From Pseudomonadota bacterium (GTDB taxonomy: Bacteria; Bdellovibrionota_F; JAHFAK01; JBDREC01): 64,000 nucleotides of DNA. Position numbers and translations under genes: made by a program. The notes under the pieces are model-generated. The model was given only the letters and a program-made list of their open reading frames with translations. It was not told the DNA's origin and ran no database searches. The DNA is taken from positions 15,405 through 79,404 of the forward strand of contig JBDREC010000103.1 in NCBI GenBank assembly GCA_043820105.1, in the 5' to 3' direction. Below are positions 40,223 to 49,338 of the stretch, in pieces (positions within the stretch are counted from its first letter, which is position 1; each line of letters begins with the position of its first letter).

Positions 40223-41212
40223 TTAAATAGAATCCGAGATGATACTTTTTACAATTTCAAAAATGTCAATTCCACTTTCTGCGGCGGCTGCTACAAATCC
40301 AGCATCTGGAGAAAGACATGGATTAATATTGATTTCAAGTACAAATGGATTATTGTTTTTATCAATTCTAAAATCAACCCTTGCATAACCCATAACATCA
40401 AAAACATTCCAACACTTTACAGATATATTTCTAAGTTTTTTTAATAAGGTATAATCTTTTTTCTCAAATTTAAAATTCCGCTTTGTATTGATATATTCAA
40501 AGGACTGTTCATCCCATTTTGCTTTATAAGCAATAATTTTAGGTTTATTTTCAGGAAAATTAATAAATTGAATTTCAGCACACGGCAAAACTGTTGGTGT
40601 TTTCTTTTGATTTCCAAGCAAAGCGATGTTAAATTCTCTGCCATCAATATATGATTCAATAAAATATTCATTTAGAATTATTTTATTTTTGTTCTTGTAC
40701 TTTATTAAGTCATTTTTTGTATAAAAAACAGACTTATCATTTAAGCCTTTTGATGCATGATCATAAATAGATTTTAATATATATGGGGGTTCAAATGAAA
40801 TATTATCATTTGATAAATCACTTAACAAAACCGAATTAGGAGTAGAAACATTATTTAGGCGTAATAATTTTTTTAATAATAATTTGTTTGTTGTTAAATT
40901 AAAGGTAAAAGCTTTTGAGCCTGTATATTTTATTCCCATTGAATCAAGCAATGCAGGAATGATAGCAGCAAGATTATCTTTATTTGCAATTGACTCAACC
41001 AAATTAAAAACAAATGATATTTTATTTTCTTTTAATTTTATTAATAGCTTTTCTAGGTTAAGGTTTACAGGAATTTCAATTGGATGATAAGCAAGCTTGC
41101 TTAAAGCATTTTTAATATATTTAACTTGAGTATATGTATCAAGATCATCTAAGGATGATTGAGAAGATAATTTGCCATATAATATTCCAATATTTTTCAT
41201 GTCTTGTTTCAT
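40223..41212 (-). CDS. ATP-grasp ligase, D-Ala-D-Ala ligase-like
   Basis: ATP-grasp C-terminal motifs (YIDGREFNIALLG; YARVDFRIDKNNNPFVLEININPCLS); 4-nt overlap with upstream ATP-grasp gene. Confidence 0.65.
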   Translation of the reverse strand: MKQDMKNIGILYGKLSSQSSLDDLDTYTQVKYIKNALSKLAYHPIEIPVNLNLEKLLIKLKENKISFVFNLVESIANKDNLAAIIPALLDSMGIKYTGSKAFTFNLTTNKLLLKKLLRLNNVSTPNSVLLSDLSNDNISFEPPYILKSIYDHASKGLNDKSVFYTKNDLIKYKNKNKIILNEYFIESYIDGREFNIALLGNQKKTPTVLPCAEIQFINFPENKPKIIAYKAKWDEQSFEYINTKRNFKFEKKDYTLLKKLRNISVKCWNVFDVMGYARVDFRIDKNNNPFVLEININPCLSPDAGFVAAAAESGIDIFEIVKSIISDSI

Positions 41213-42183
41213 TTAATTCTTTTTTTTGCAAAATAAATTATTTTACTGATTAATTCTTCATAAGAAATATTTACTTTTTTACAAAGTATTATAAGATCTC
41301 CGACAACAGGATGTATGCCAGCCAAGGGATTTACTTCTAAAAAATTTGGTCTGCCATATTTATCACTTTTAATGTCTATTCTTCCAGCATCCCTACAACC
41401 TAAAACTTTCCAGGCATTTAAAGCAAGATTCATTGCCAGCCTTGCTTCTTCATCATTAACAAGATTATATTCGACTCTATCTAAATAGTTTTCTTTATTT
41501 GAATAAGTATAAAGCTCTTTTTCCGCGTTTTGATTTAGCAATATTTCTAATGTACCAATTGCTTCTGCCTCATCGCCTGTTCCTATGATTCCAACTGTAA
41601 ATTCTCTGCCTGGTAAAAAATCTTCAGCTAAAACAGGTTGCGAGAAATTTTTTAGTAAATTTTCTGCCATTGATTTTAGCTGATCAATATTTTCAACTTT
41701 TGAAAGATGAGATATCCCTTTTCCAGTGCCTTCTGCAAGAGGTTTAACAATAATAGGGAAGTTTAAATTAAAATTATCTATATCCTTAATATCTTCAATA
41801 ATAAAAAAATCAGGTGTTAATAATTTTGCATCTCTTACAATTCTTTTAGTCATTGCCTTATGAAGGGTTAATGATAAAACCAAAGGATCAGAAAATGTAT
41901 AGGGGATATTATAAGCATCAAGGATTGCAGGAACTTGAGCTTCCCTTCCAAAACCCTTAACACCTTCTGCAATATTAAAGACCAGATCCCATTTTTCTTC
42001 CTTGCATAGTCTTGAAACAAGGTTTTTTATGTGTCCAATTCTTGTAGTTTGATGCCCTAAACTTTTTAGTGTAGTGTCTATTGCATCAATAGTTGCTAGT
42101 TGATCAAATTCCGCAACTTCTTCTTTTCCATAACCCATTTCTAGATAATCATCTTTTAGATCATATGTAATTCCAATATGCAT
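41209..42183 (-). CDS. ATP-grasp ligase, D-Ala-D-Ala ligase-like
   Basis: GREFTVGIIGTGDEAEAIGTLEIL and GRIDIKSDKYGRPNFLEVNPLAG match Ddl-family ATP-grasp patterns. Confidence 0.65.
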   Translation of the reverse strand: MHIGITYDLKDDYLEMGYGKEEVAEFDQLATIDAIDTTLKSLGHQTTRIGHIKNLVSRLCKEEKWDLVFNIAEGVKGFGREAQVPAILDAYNIPYTFSDPLVLSLTLHKAMTKRIVRDAKLLTPDFFIIEDIKDIDNFNLNFPIIVKPLAEGTGKGISHLSKVENIDQLKSMAENLLKNFSQPVLAEDFLPGREFTVGIIGTGDEAEAIGTLEILLNQNAEKELYTYSNKENYLDRVEYNLVNDEEARLAMNLALNAWKVLGCRDAGRIDIKSDKYGRPNFLEVNPLAGIHPVVGDLIILCKKVNISYEELISKIIYFAKKRIK

Positions 42184-42219
42184 TGGAAACTCCTTTTTAA
42201 AATATTTATTTTAATAAAA

Positions 42220-43527
42220 TTATTTTGATTTAGCTTTTTTGTTTAAGGGATATTTATAAAGTAATCCTTTATAATTTTTAAGGATGATATCATTTTCATT
42301 GATACTATCAACATAATTGGGAAGAAGTGGTATTTTACCACCACCATCAGGCGCATCAATAACAAATGTTGGAATAGCATACCCACTTGTATGCCCTCGT
42401 AAGCCATTTATAATTTCAAGACCTTTTTCTATGGGGGTTCTGAAATGAGCTGAACCCACAATTGGATCACATTGATATAGATAATAGGGTCTAACACGAA
42501 TTTTTAGTAAATTATGAAAAAGTGTTTTCATTGTTTTAATATTATCATTAATCCCTGCAAGCAAAACTGTTTGACTTCCAAGAGGGATACCATAATCAGC
42601 TAATCTGTTGCATGCTTGACTAACTTCAGGTGTTATTTCATTCGGGTGAGTGAAATGAATACTTAAATATAAAGGTTGATATTTTTTAAGTATCCTTAAT
42701 AAATTTATTGTAATACGCTGAGGTAATACTACAGGTGCCTTGGTTCCTATGCGAATTATCTCAACATGAGGAATTTGTCTGAGTCTACTGAGTAAATATT
42801 CAATTTTATTATCTACAACAATGAGCGGATCTCCTCCTGACAACAATACATCTCTGATATTTTTATTTTGTTCTATATAGTTTAAAGCTTTTTCCCAATA
42901 ATTAACTTTAAAACGATATTTATCATTTGGTCTCATGATTCGAGATCGAGTACAATATCTGCAATTTGAGGTGCAAAATTTTGTTACTAAAAGTAAAACC
43001 CTATCAGGATATCTATGAACAATTCCAGGAACTGGACTGTCTTTATCTTCGCCAAGGGGATCAAAGTTTTCTTCTGGAGAATGTATGAGTTCTTTAGTTA
43101 TAGGAATTACAGTTTTTTTGATGTAACTATTTTTTGCCAGGCTTGCATAATAGGGGGTCATTGTAACTAAAAACTTATTTTCAAACAATGATATAGCTTT
43201 TTTTTCATCTTCACTTAATTTTATTATTTTTTCTATTTTTGAAAGACCGTGCACTCTGTTTTTCAATTGCCATTGCCATGAATTCCAATCATTATTACTG
43301 GCTTCAGGATAATATTTATTTCTAAATTCATCTGATGTTGAACTTATTGTAAAAAATTCATTTGCTTTTGAATCCCTCTTGTCTAAATAATTTATAGATA
43401 GGATACCATTCTGTAATGAATTTGTTTCTAAAGAATTGGAATTTATTAGATTACTAGCAAGTAAATTATTCTCAATAGAAAGTGGCGGAGGCTCTCCATC
43501 TTCTAAACCGATTATTTTATTTATCAT
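42220..43527 (-). CDS. Lysine 2,3-aminomutase-family radical SAM enzyme (KamA/AblA/EpmB-like) with approx 80-aa N-terminal extension
   Basis: WQWQLKNRV ... TPYYASL N-terminal signature; CxxxCxxC as CTSNCRYCTRS; extension rich in Asn/Ser/Leu. Confidence 0.75.
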   Translation of the reverse strand: MINKIIGLEDGEPPPLSIENNLLASNLINSNSLETNSLQNGILSINYLDKRDSKANEFFTISSTSDEFRNKYYPEASNNDWNSWQWQLKNRVHGLSKIEKIIKLSEDEKKAISLFENKFLVTMTPYYASLAKNSYIKKTVIPITKELIHSPEENFDPLGEDKDSPVPGIVHRYPDRVLLLVTKFCTSNCRYCTRSRIMRPNDKYRFKVNYWEKALNYIEQNKNIRDVLLSGGDPLIVVDNKIEYLLSRLRQIPHVEIIRIGTKAPVVLPQRITINLLRILKKYQPLYLSIHFTHPNEITPEVSQACNRLADYGIPLGSQTVLLAGINDNIKTMKTLFHNLLKIRVRPYYLYQCDPIVGSAHFRTPIEKGLEIINGLRGHTSGYAIPTFVIDAPDGGGKIPLLPNYVDSINENDIILKNYKGLLYKYPLNKKAKSK

Positions 43528-43751
43528 ATAAAACTATCTTAAAAATTAATAAAAGTTTATTTATTTATGTGACTATTACTATAAAATATCTTTAAGGAAG
43601 TAAATAGAATAATTATATAAACATAAAATATTATTAAAATAAGGCCTGCGGCTACAATTTTTATCAATATAATCAATTCCAATAGAATTTAAAATTTAGA
43701 ATTAATTGCCGGATAAAATAAATCATACGCTTGTTTTGTGTCTAGTTCTAG

Positions 43752-44557
43752 TTAGATTCTGCCTAAAAAGTGGGCAAAATAAATTGTAAAAAACTTCAGG
43801 ATTTTAAATGTCTTTATTTAAAAAACAATTTCATTATAAGTTAGATTATATTTTCCGCAATAATATTTATAGCAAAAAAGGCTGGAATATTACCTGTTTC
43901 AGCCCTCAATATCCACAAGCTAAACCAAGACGCTTTATATTAAAAGAAATCGCAGTAAAATAAAGCTGCAATCGAAAATTTAATTTCCCACGATATCTAC
44001 ATCTGCAAAAACCGTATCCTCTTTTCAATGCTGATATCGTTCCCTCAATCGCATTTCTATTTTTCATCTCTTCTTTATACTCATCTGTCTTCATCAACTT
44101 TCTTGCTTCATCATGATCGACTACTCTCTGTCGCCAGACTGATAACAATTGATAACTAAAACCTGCATATTCCAGGTCAAGCTCTAATGCAATTTTCCAG
44201 TCTAATCTAAATATCAGATTTTGAATCGTTTGCCTGTCAGGAAGCTTTTCCAGAAACTGTAATATTGTTACACACATTAATAACCTCGGTGACACTGGTG
44301 GTCTTCCACCTTCTTTATACATCTGTTCGAAATCAGTATCTAATATTTTGGGAAATATAAATTCATGACATACCTTCACATGATCTCTGATTTCTGGAAA
44401 CACATTTAACATGATACCCGCCTTGAATAATGATTGTTGATTGTACTTTGATAAGTCCTTTGGCATCTATATTATATAAGCATTATCTGCACTTTGTAAA
44501 GATCTTGAGCTTAATTATTTGCTTAATATTTTAGCCCACTTTTTAGGCAGAATCTAA
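43752..44557. mobile_element. Internally deleted IS5/IS1182-like element (approx 806 bp) with perfect 24-bp terminal inverted repeats
   Basis: TTAGATTCTGCCTAAAAAGTGGGC at 43752-43775 is the exact reverse complement of 44534-44557; encloses a transposase ORF lacking the catalytic core. Confidence 0.75.
43906..44466 (-). pseudogene. Truncated transposase: IS5/IS1182-like N-terminal domain fused to C-terminal tail, DDE core missing
   Basis: N-terminal GRPPVSPRLLMCVTILQFL ... (DUF772-like) joined to C-terminal AIEGTISALKRGYGFCRCRYRG ... NIKRL; only 186 aa. Confidence 0.6.
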
Positions 44558-44712
44558 TTAAATTTTAAACCTATATCTTTGTAAATTGTTATTAAATTTT
44601 TAGTTTTGCTCTGACCCTAAAATTCCCAAAATTCCAACCATAAAATTCTGACCAAAATTTAAAAATTATTCTAAAATTATTGGCAATTGTAGAATGTCAA
44701 ATCCTAATCATA

Positions 44713-45000
44713 TTAAACTTTAGCTGCGCCAATGACACAGCTCAAAAGATATTGAACGCCATTGTTAAGGTTACCTGAAATGCAATAACTCATTTCGTCT
44801 GTTTCATTACCGCTAGTGCAACTGGGAACGACCATCCAGTATGAAGGTCCGGAACCCACACCGCAATCAGCACCTGAGGCGCTTTCTCCTGATTGGCATG
44901 ATTTGCCCCGCGTACTTGGCGTGGTAGCACCTGAGCCAGTCGAACAGTACAGTCTTTTTAAGTTGAGTAGAGTGTGTAATATTGGAGGAGAATACTTCAT
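44713..45000 (-). CDS. Small Cys/Gly/Ser-rich protein with conserved MKY...P.L...L..L.YC.TGSGA N-terminus (paralogue 1)
   Basis: ATG at 44998-45000; paralogue of 63233-63577 with the same N-terminal pattern and Cys roughly every 12-15 residues. Confidence 0.5.
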   Translation of the reverse strand: MKYSPPILHTLLNLKRLYCSTGSGATTPSTRGKSCQSGESASGADCGVGSGPSYWMVVPSCTSGNETDEMSYCISGNLNNGVQYLLSCVIGAAKV

Positions 45001-45301
45001 AATTACCACCTTTATAACTGAATAACGCTGAGAAGATACGCAACAGTTAGTAGCTTTTCATACTTACTTCTATTAATCTTTAACCTGATAGGTTACCTAT
45101 TTTAGTTATCACCTCGTGTGTGGGTTCTAATGCATGTGACCGAACAAACACTTAGGAAATAGAATTAAACTATGCAAAACCAAAAATATTGTCAATGTGG
45201 AATATTGTCAATTATATTTTCTTCACTAACTGAGCAGGTAGTAGTTATGGGACTGACATGCGTATTAATAATCAAGATTATGCATTAGAAAAAAATTCAA
45301 A

Positions 45302-45320
45302 GGGGTCAGGCCTTGACAAT
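45302..45320 (+). repeat. REP-like element copy (GGGGTCAGGCCTTGACA core) upstream of RAYT gene
   Basis: Same core at 45397-45420 (direct) and 46567-46588 (inverted). Confidence 0.5.
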
Positions 45321-45396
45321 AGACAACAAATCAATAATTTTACTGAAAAATATAGCTAACTTTTGAAAATACATGAAATTATCAATATTAGAAATA

Positions 45397-45420
45397 GGGG
45401 GGGGGCAGGCCTTGACATTC
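45397..45420 (+). repeat. REP-like element copy (GGGGGCAGGCCTTGACATTC) upstream of RAYT gene
   Basis: Core CAGGCCTTGACA shared with 45302-45320 and the inverted copy at 46567-46588. Confidence 0.5.
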
Positions 45421-45589
45421 GGCAGCAGGTTCCCTTTTATACAAAGTGTTTTTTTCCTTTAATTCTTTTTCTTTCTCCATTTTTAAGACAAATCTATAAA
45501 GACTTTGAGCTACTGAAGCATTATTAATTGAACTCTGTTTGAATATTAAGCTCCATATATTTAGGAACTAATCAATTTAGGGGTAATTT

Positions 45590-46582
45590 ATGCCTAGACC
45601 TAAAAGAATTGAATATGAAGGTGCTTGGTATCACGTCATGAATAGAGGTGCTAGCAAGAAAAACATTTTTCATTCACATGATGACAGGAACTTTTTTTTA
45701 AAAATGCTAGCGCATGTCAGTGATCAATGGAATTTTCAGACACATGCCTATTGTTTAATGACAAATCATTATCATTTGCTTGTGCATACACCAAATCTTG
45801 GCTTGTCAGAAAGTATGCGACATCTTTCTTCAATTTATACAATGAGATATAATAAGAAATATAAAAGGGATGGAGCATTGTTTAGAGGTAGATTCAAATC
45901 AATATTGTTAGATAGGGATGATTGTGCATCAGCAATATTAAGATACATTCACCAAAATCCCGTAAAGGCAGGTTTATGTAAAAATGTAGAATCATACAAG
46001 TGGTCTAGTCACAGAGCATATTTAAATGAAAAAAATAAACCGTCATTTCTATATACAGATGAGATATTGAAAGATTTTGCAAAGATTAGTTCTAAGGCAA
46101 GGCGAAAATTGCATGAGTTTGTGACTGGAAGAGAATCTAAAGATTTTATTAACTCTATAGAAGGGCCAAGACCTGTATCTGTAATGGGATCAGAGGGTTT
46201 TAGAGATTGGATAAAAGATAATTATTTATATAAAGTAAACAAAGATAAGTTAATTTCAACAGCAAGAAGTAATAAGCGCCCTGAAATTATACCAAAGCAA
46301 ATGTTATCATATGTTAGCTCTGAATTCAGTGTCAGTAAAAAAAGCATTATGGAAAATAAGTCTGGATCCATTGCAAATATACCAAGACTGACATATTTAT
46401 ATTTATTGCATAAAATTGCAGGTTTTACACATAATGAAATCGCTGAGATAAGCAAATCAGGAAACAAAGCTTCAGTAGCTCAAAACATTTATCGTTTTTC
46501 AAGGAGATTGGAAGAGGATGAATGTTTGGGCGAAAGGATTAAAGGTATGAAGGGGAATTTGTTGTCGAATGTCAAGGCCTGA
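45590..46582 (+). CDS. REP-associated tyrosine transposase (IS200-like HuH Y1 transposase) with C-terminal HTH-like extension
   Basis: YHVMNRG N-terminus, HuH motif HYHLLVH, catalytic Tyr context RYIHQNPVKAGL; flanked by inverted REP-like repeats. Confidence 0.7.
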   Translation: MPRPKRIEYEGAWYHVMNRGASKKNIFHSHDDRNFFLKMLAHVSDQWNFQTHAYCLMTNHYHLLVHTPNLGLSESMRHLSSIYTMRYNKKYKRDGALFRGRFKSILLDRDDCASAILRYIHQNPVKAGLCKNVESYKWSSHRAYLNEKNKPSFLYTDEILKDFAKISSKARRKLHEFVTGRESKDFINSIEGPRPVSVMGSEGFRDWIKDNYLYKVNKDKLISTARSNKRPEIIPKQMLSYVSSEFSVSKKSIMENKSGSIANIPRLTYLYLLHKIAGFTHNEIAEISKSGNKASVAQNIYRFSRRLEEDECLGERIKGMKGNLLSNVKA

Positions 46583-46588
46583 CCCCTC
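46567..46588 (-). repeat. REP-like element copy in inverted orientation immediately downstream of RAYT gene
   Basis: GAATGTCAAGGCCTGACCCCTC is the reverse complement of the upstream REP core; overlaps the RAYT stop region. Confidence 0.5.
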
Positions 46589-46591
46589 GTC

Positions 46592-46933
46592 TTAGTTCTT
46601 TCTCCATTTTTGATACTTTTCTTTCATGATTTTGCTTAAACCTGCTTTTTTTTCATTTACCCAGCTTGCTTCACCAATAAAATATTTGCATTCTTCATGC
46701 AATCGTTCCTTGACCGCCTCCCAGGCATCCATGAATGATTCAATCAGCTCCTGGTATTTTTTCTGTCTTTCTTTTGGAGTGCAGCCCAGACCCTCATAAA
46801 TCGGAGATGGGGTAATTAAAGGATCTTCTTTCCCTTCAGCATAATAAGCATAGGATGAAAACTTGTTCCAAAACTGGTTCCAGGGCCCAGTCATAGTTAT
46901 GGAATCTAAGAGTAACATGAAAATAGCAATCAT
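46592..46933 (-). CDS. Hypothetical protein
   Basis: ORF only; no recognised motif. Confidence 0.3.
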   Translation of the reverse strand: MIAIFMLLLDSITMTGPWNQFWNKFSSYAYYAEGKEDPLITPSPIYEGLGCTPKERQKKYQELIESFMDAWEAVKERLHEECKYFIGEASWVNEKKAGLSKIMKEKYQKWRKN

Positions 46934-47268
46934 CCTGCAAAACAGCAGATCTTGGAACAGAAGGTATAAATTGGCTTTATAAAAGTTAAGATGAAATTTT
47001 TATATACAAAAATTATGCAAAAAAAGTAGGGTTGAATGAAATTAAGTGCTTGGAATGAAAATATAGATCAAATATCGAAAAACTTTCCAAAATCAAAGCT
47101 TGGATTTCGGAATCTGAAAAGATTTGCACCTCCGTATTTATGGTTTTTTGTAATTTAAGAACATAAAATTAGGAAAAATAAGGCCTCCAGTCAATATATT
47201 AAGAGATCTTGTGATTTGGGAGTGGTATGTAAAGGACGTTTAAAAATATACTTTATTTATGACTTATT

Positions 47269-48522
47269 TTAATTATTTCCAATTCCATATAGTAGAAAAG
47301 ATTGGAAATGATATGCATCTATTTTTTCTTTATTATTATTAAAAAAACGTAATCCTATATCTGCAATAGGTCCTGTTTTATCATTATTAAATTCATAAAT
47401 GACCTCACCTAAGTTTGTATCAAATTCTTTTACTTCCAGTTCTATTGGCACTTCTTCATCATCGTACGGGTACAATACAACTTGAACATATTTCACATCT
47501 GGAATTCCAACTAAAGCTTGATATTCTGACATAAATTTTCTTGCTTTGCTATTGTCCTCTGATGCTAGGTACTCTTTGCTCAGTAATGCAGATATTATTA
47601 ACTGATAATTATCATCATTTTTGGTACCAGTAATTATTGGTTCATAAAAGAAAACATCATCCTTACTGATTGCATTTAAATTATTTGTACGAGAATGATA
47701 TGCCTTTATTGGTACAGGTGGATCTTGGTAAAGCTCATATGAAGCAATACCTTTACTTAAAGTCATATCAGGAGAATCTATAAAAAAATATGGGTCAAAA
47801 TATCTTTTGAAAGTATATACTGGCAAATTATTATAATCAAATATAAGAGTTTCTTCAAAAAGTTTATCTATTGGAAAATAGTACTCAATGAGAAAAATAT
47901 TATCATAATCTTTCTTAAAATATTTATAAAAAATGGGGTGTTCAAATTGAATTATTTCTCCAATTTTAAATAAGAATCCCTTTGTAATTTCTATTCTTGC
48001 AGAACCCCCTGTTTTAGGTATTTCATTATTTTCAAAAATCTCATCATATCTTACTTTGATTTTCCCATTTTCAATTGTAAAGTTCCCTGTAACTTCATAT
48101 CTATATTCAAAGAAATAGTAATGTCTTACATATACATTAACCTCTGATTCCATTTTTTCGAAATCAAATTTTATATAAACTTGCATATCATATTCTGGAC
48201 GATCTTTATATTGATCGTGAAAATCATAAATGGTCTCACCTTTATGCTTAATGTTTGCTAATTGATAGAGAACACTATTGCGCTTATAAAGTTTCTTTAG
48301 ATCTTCAATCTTTTCAATATCAGTTTTTACTATTGGCTTTGGAGGATCAGGAATCGGTGGTTTTGGTAGATCTAGAACTGGAGGAGTCGGAGGGATAGGT
48401 GCTGGTTCGTGAAGAATAACAGTAGGTTTAGGTTTAGATGTGGGCTTAGAAGTGTTTCCGTTACATCCGATTAATAAAGAAATTGTAATAAATATAGGGA
48501 TAAAAAGTTTGATGACTTTCAA
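47269..48522 (-). CDS. Hypothetical lipoprotein with Pro-rich linker
   Basis: Lipobox (LLIGCNG); PTPPVLDLPKPPIPDPPKP linker. Confidence 0.5.
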   Translation of the reverse strand: MKVIKLFIPIFITISLLIGCNGNTSKPTSKPKPTVILHEPAPIPPTPPVLDLPKPPIPDPPKPIVKTDIEKIEDLKKLYKRNSVLYQLANIKHKGETIYDFHDQYKDRPEYDMQVYIKFDFEKMESEVNVYVRHYYFFEYRYEVTGNFTIENGKIKVRYDEIFENNEIPKTGGSARIEITKGFLFKIGEIIQFEHPIFYKYFKKDYDNIFLIEYYFPIDKLFEETLIFDYNNLPVYTFKRYFDPYFFIDSPDMTLSKGIASYELYQDPPVPIKAYHSRTNNLNAISKDDVFFYEPIITGTKNDDNYQLIISALLSKEYLASEDNSKARKFMSEYQALVGIPDVKYVQVVLYPYDDEEVPIELEVKEFDTNLGEVIYEFNNDKTGPIADIGLRFFNNNKEKIDAYHFQSFLLYGIGNN

Positions 48523-48590
48523 TAGAGATCTCCCAATATATTGAAAGGCGATTTATGTAACGCTAAGCAGTAAAGGTCAAGGGAATAATC

Positions 48591-48794
48591 TCACCCAATC
48601 CCAAACCTCTTAATCTTATTAAACAAAGTCTTTCGACTTATCCCCAAATCATCAGCGGTCTTTGTCCTATTATCAAAATTATCTTTAAGCCTTTCAACAA
48701 TTATTTTCTTTTCATTGAATTCAGCAAAATCGTTGCAAGTGATAGCTGTAAAACTTGATGCATCATTGTTTTTTATTCTTAGGGGTAGGTGCAT
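48591..48794 (-). pseudogene. Fragment encoding only a Fis-type HTH (C-terminal end of an NtrC-family activator)
   Basis: TADDLGISRKTLFNKIKRFGI matches the C-terminal HTH of sigma-54 activators; no AAA+ domain upstream. Confidence 0.45.
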
Positions 48795-48878
48795 TAGATC
48801 TAACTTGCAGCATTGGAATGTCGTTTCGTTTTTATTTTAGAAAGTAATACATGGGTTTTAAGGGGTGTTTTAAGGATA

Positions 48879-48933
48879 TGCGAGAGGGGGGACTCGAACC
48901 CCCACACCTCACGGCACCAGATCCTAAGTCTGG
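48879..48933 (-). tRNA. Partial tRNA-Leu(TAG): anticodon arm, long variable arm, T arm and 3' acceptor strand only
   Basis: Minus-strand read gives CCAGA-CTTAGGA-TCTGG, TGCCGTGAGGTGT, GGGGG-TTCGAGT-CCCCC, CTCTCGC-A; no D arm or complementary 5' acceptor strand upstream. Confidence 0.6.
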
Positions 48934-49050
48934 CGCGTTGATTTTAAGAGTTGCCATGAAATCAATATGTTAAGGTTTTTGGTGATAAGGGAATTCTAAA
49001 TATCTTCTAAATTATACATGTAGTAACCGAATTTATGTAATGAGGTTGCT

Positions 49051-49260
49051 ATGACATTTCAGAAAAGATTGCTTTATTTGAGAAAAAGAAACTGCTTAAC
49101 GATTAGGCAGGTGAGTGAAAAATTGGGGGTTTCACAATCAACTTATTTTCAGTGGGAAGTTGAATCGTTTCCTACGAAGCCGGTTTATTATAAGATGTTG
49201 GCTATGCTTTATGAGTTGGATCTTGAGATGTTGATGTTTGGGGATAAAAAAGACTGTTAA
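49051..49260 (+). CDS. XRE-family helix-turn-helix transcriptional regulator (69 aa)
   Basis: LTIRQVSEKLGVSQSTYFQWE HTH pattern; GAGG RBS; its 3' portion is duplicated at 50752-50890. Confidence 0.6.
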   Translation: MTFQKRLLYLRKRNCLTIRQVSEKLGVSQSTYFQWEVESFPTKPVYYKMLAMLYELDLEMLMFGDKKDC

Positions 49261-49338
49261 TTTGAATTGTTTTATATTATTATTTATTCCAATTAATTAT
49301 AACAATTTAAACTTAAGTTTATGCATATGGAGCTAATA

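Noticed and set aside
48879-48965. Full-length tRNA-Leu
   Set aside because: Only the 3' approx 55 nt fold as tRNA; the upstream sequence has no D arm and no 5' strand complementary to the acceptor 3' strand CTCTCGC.
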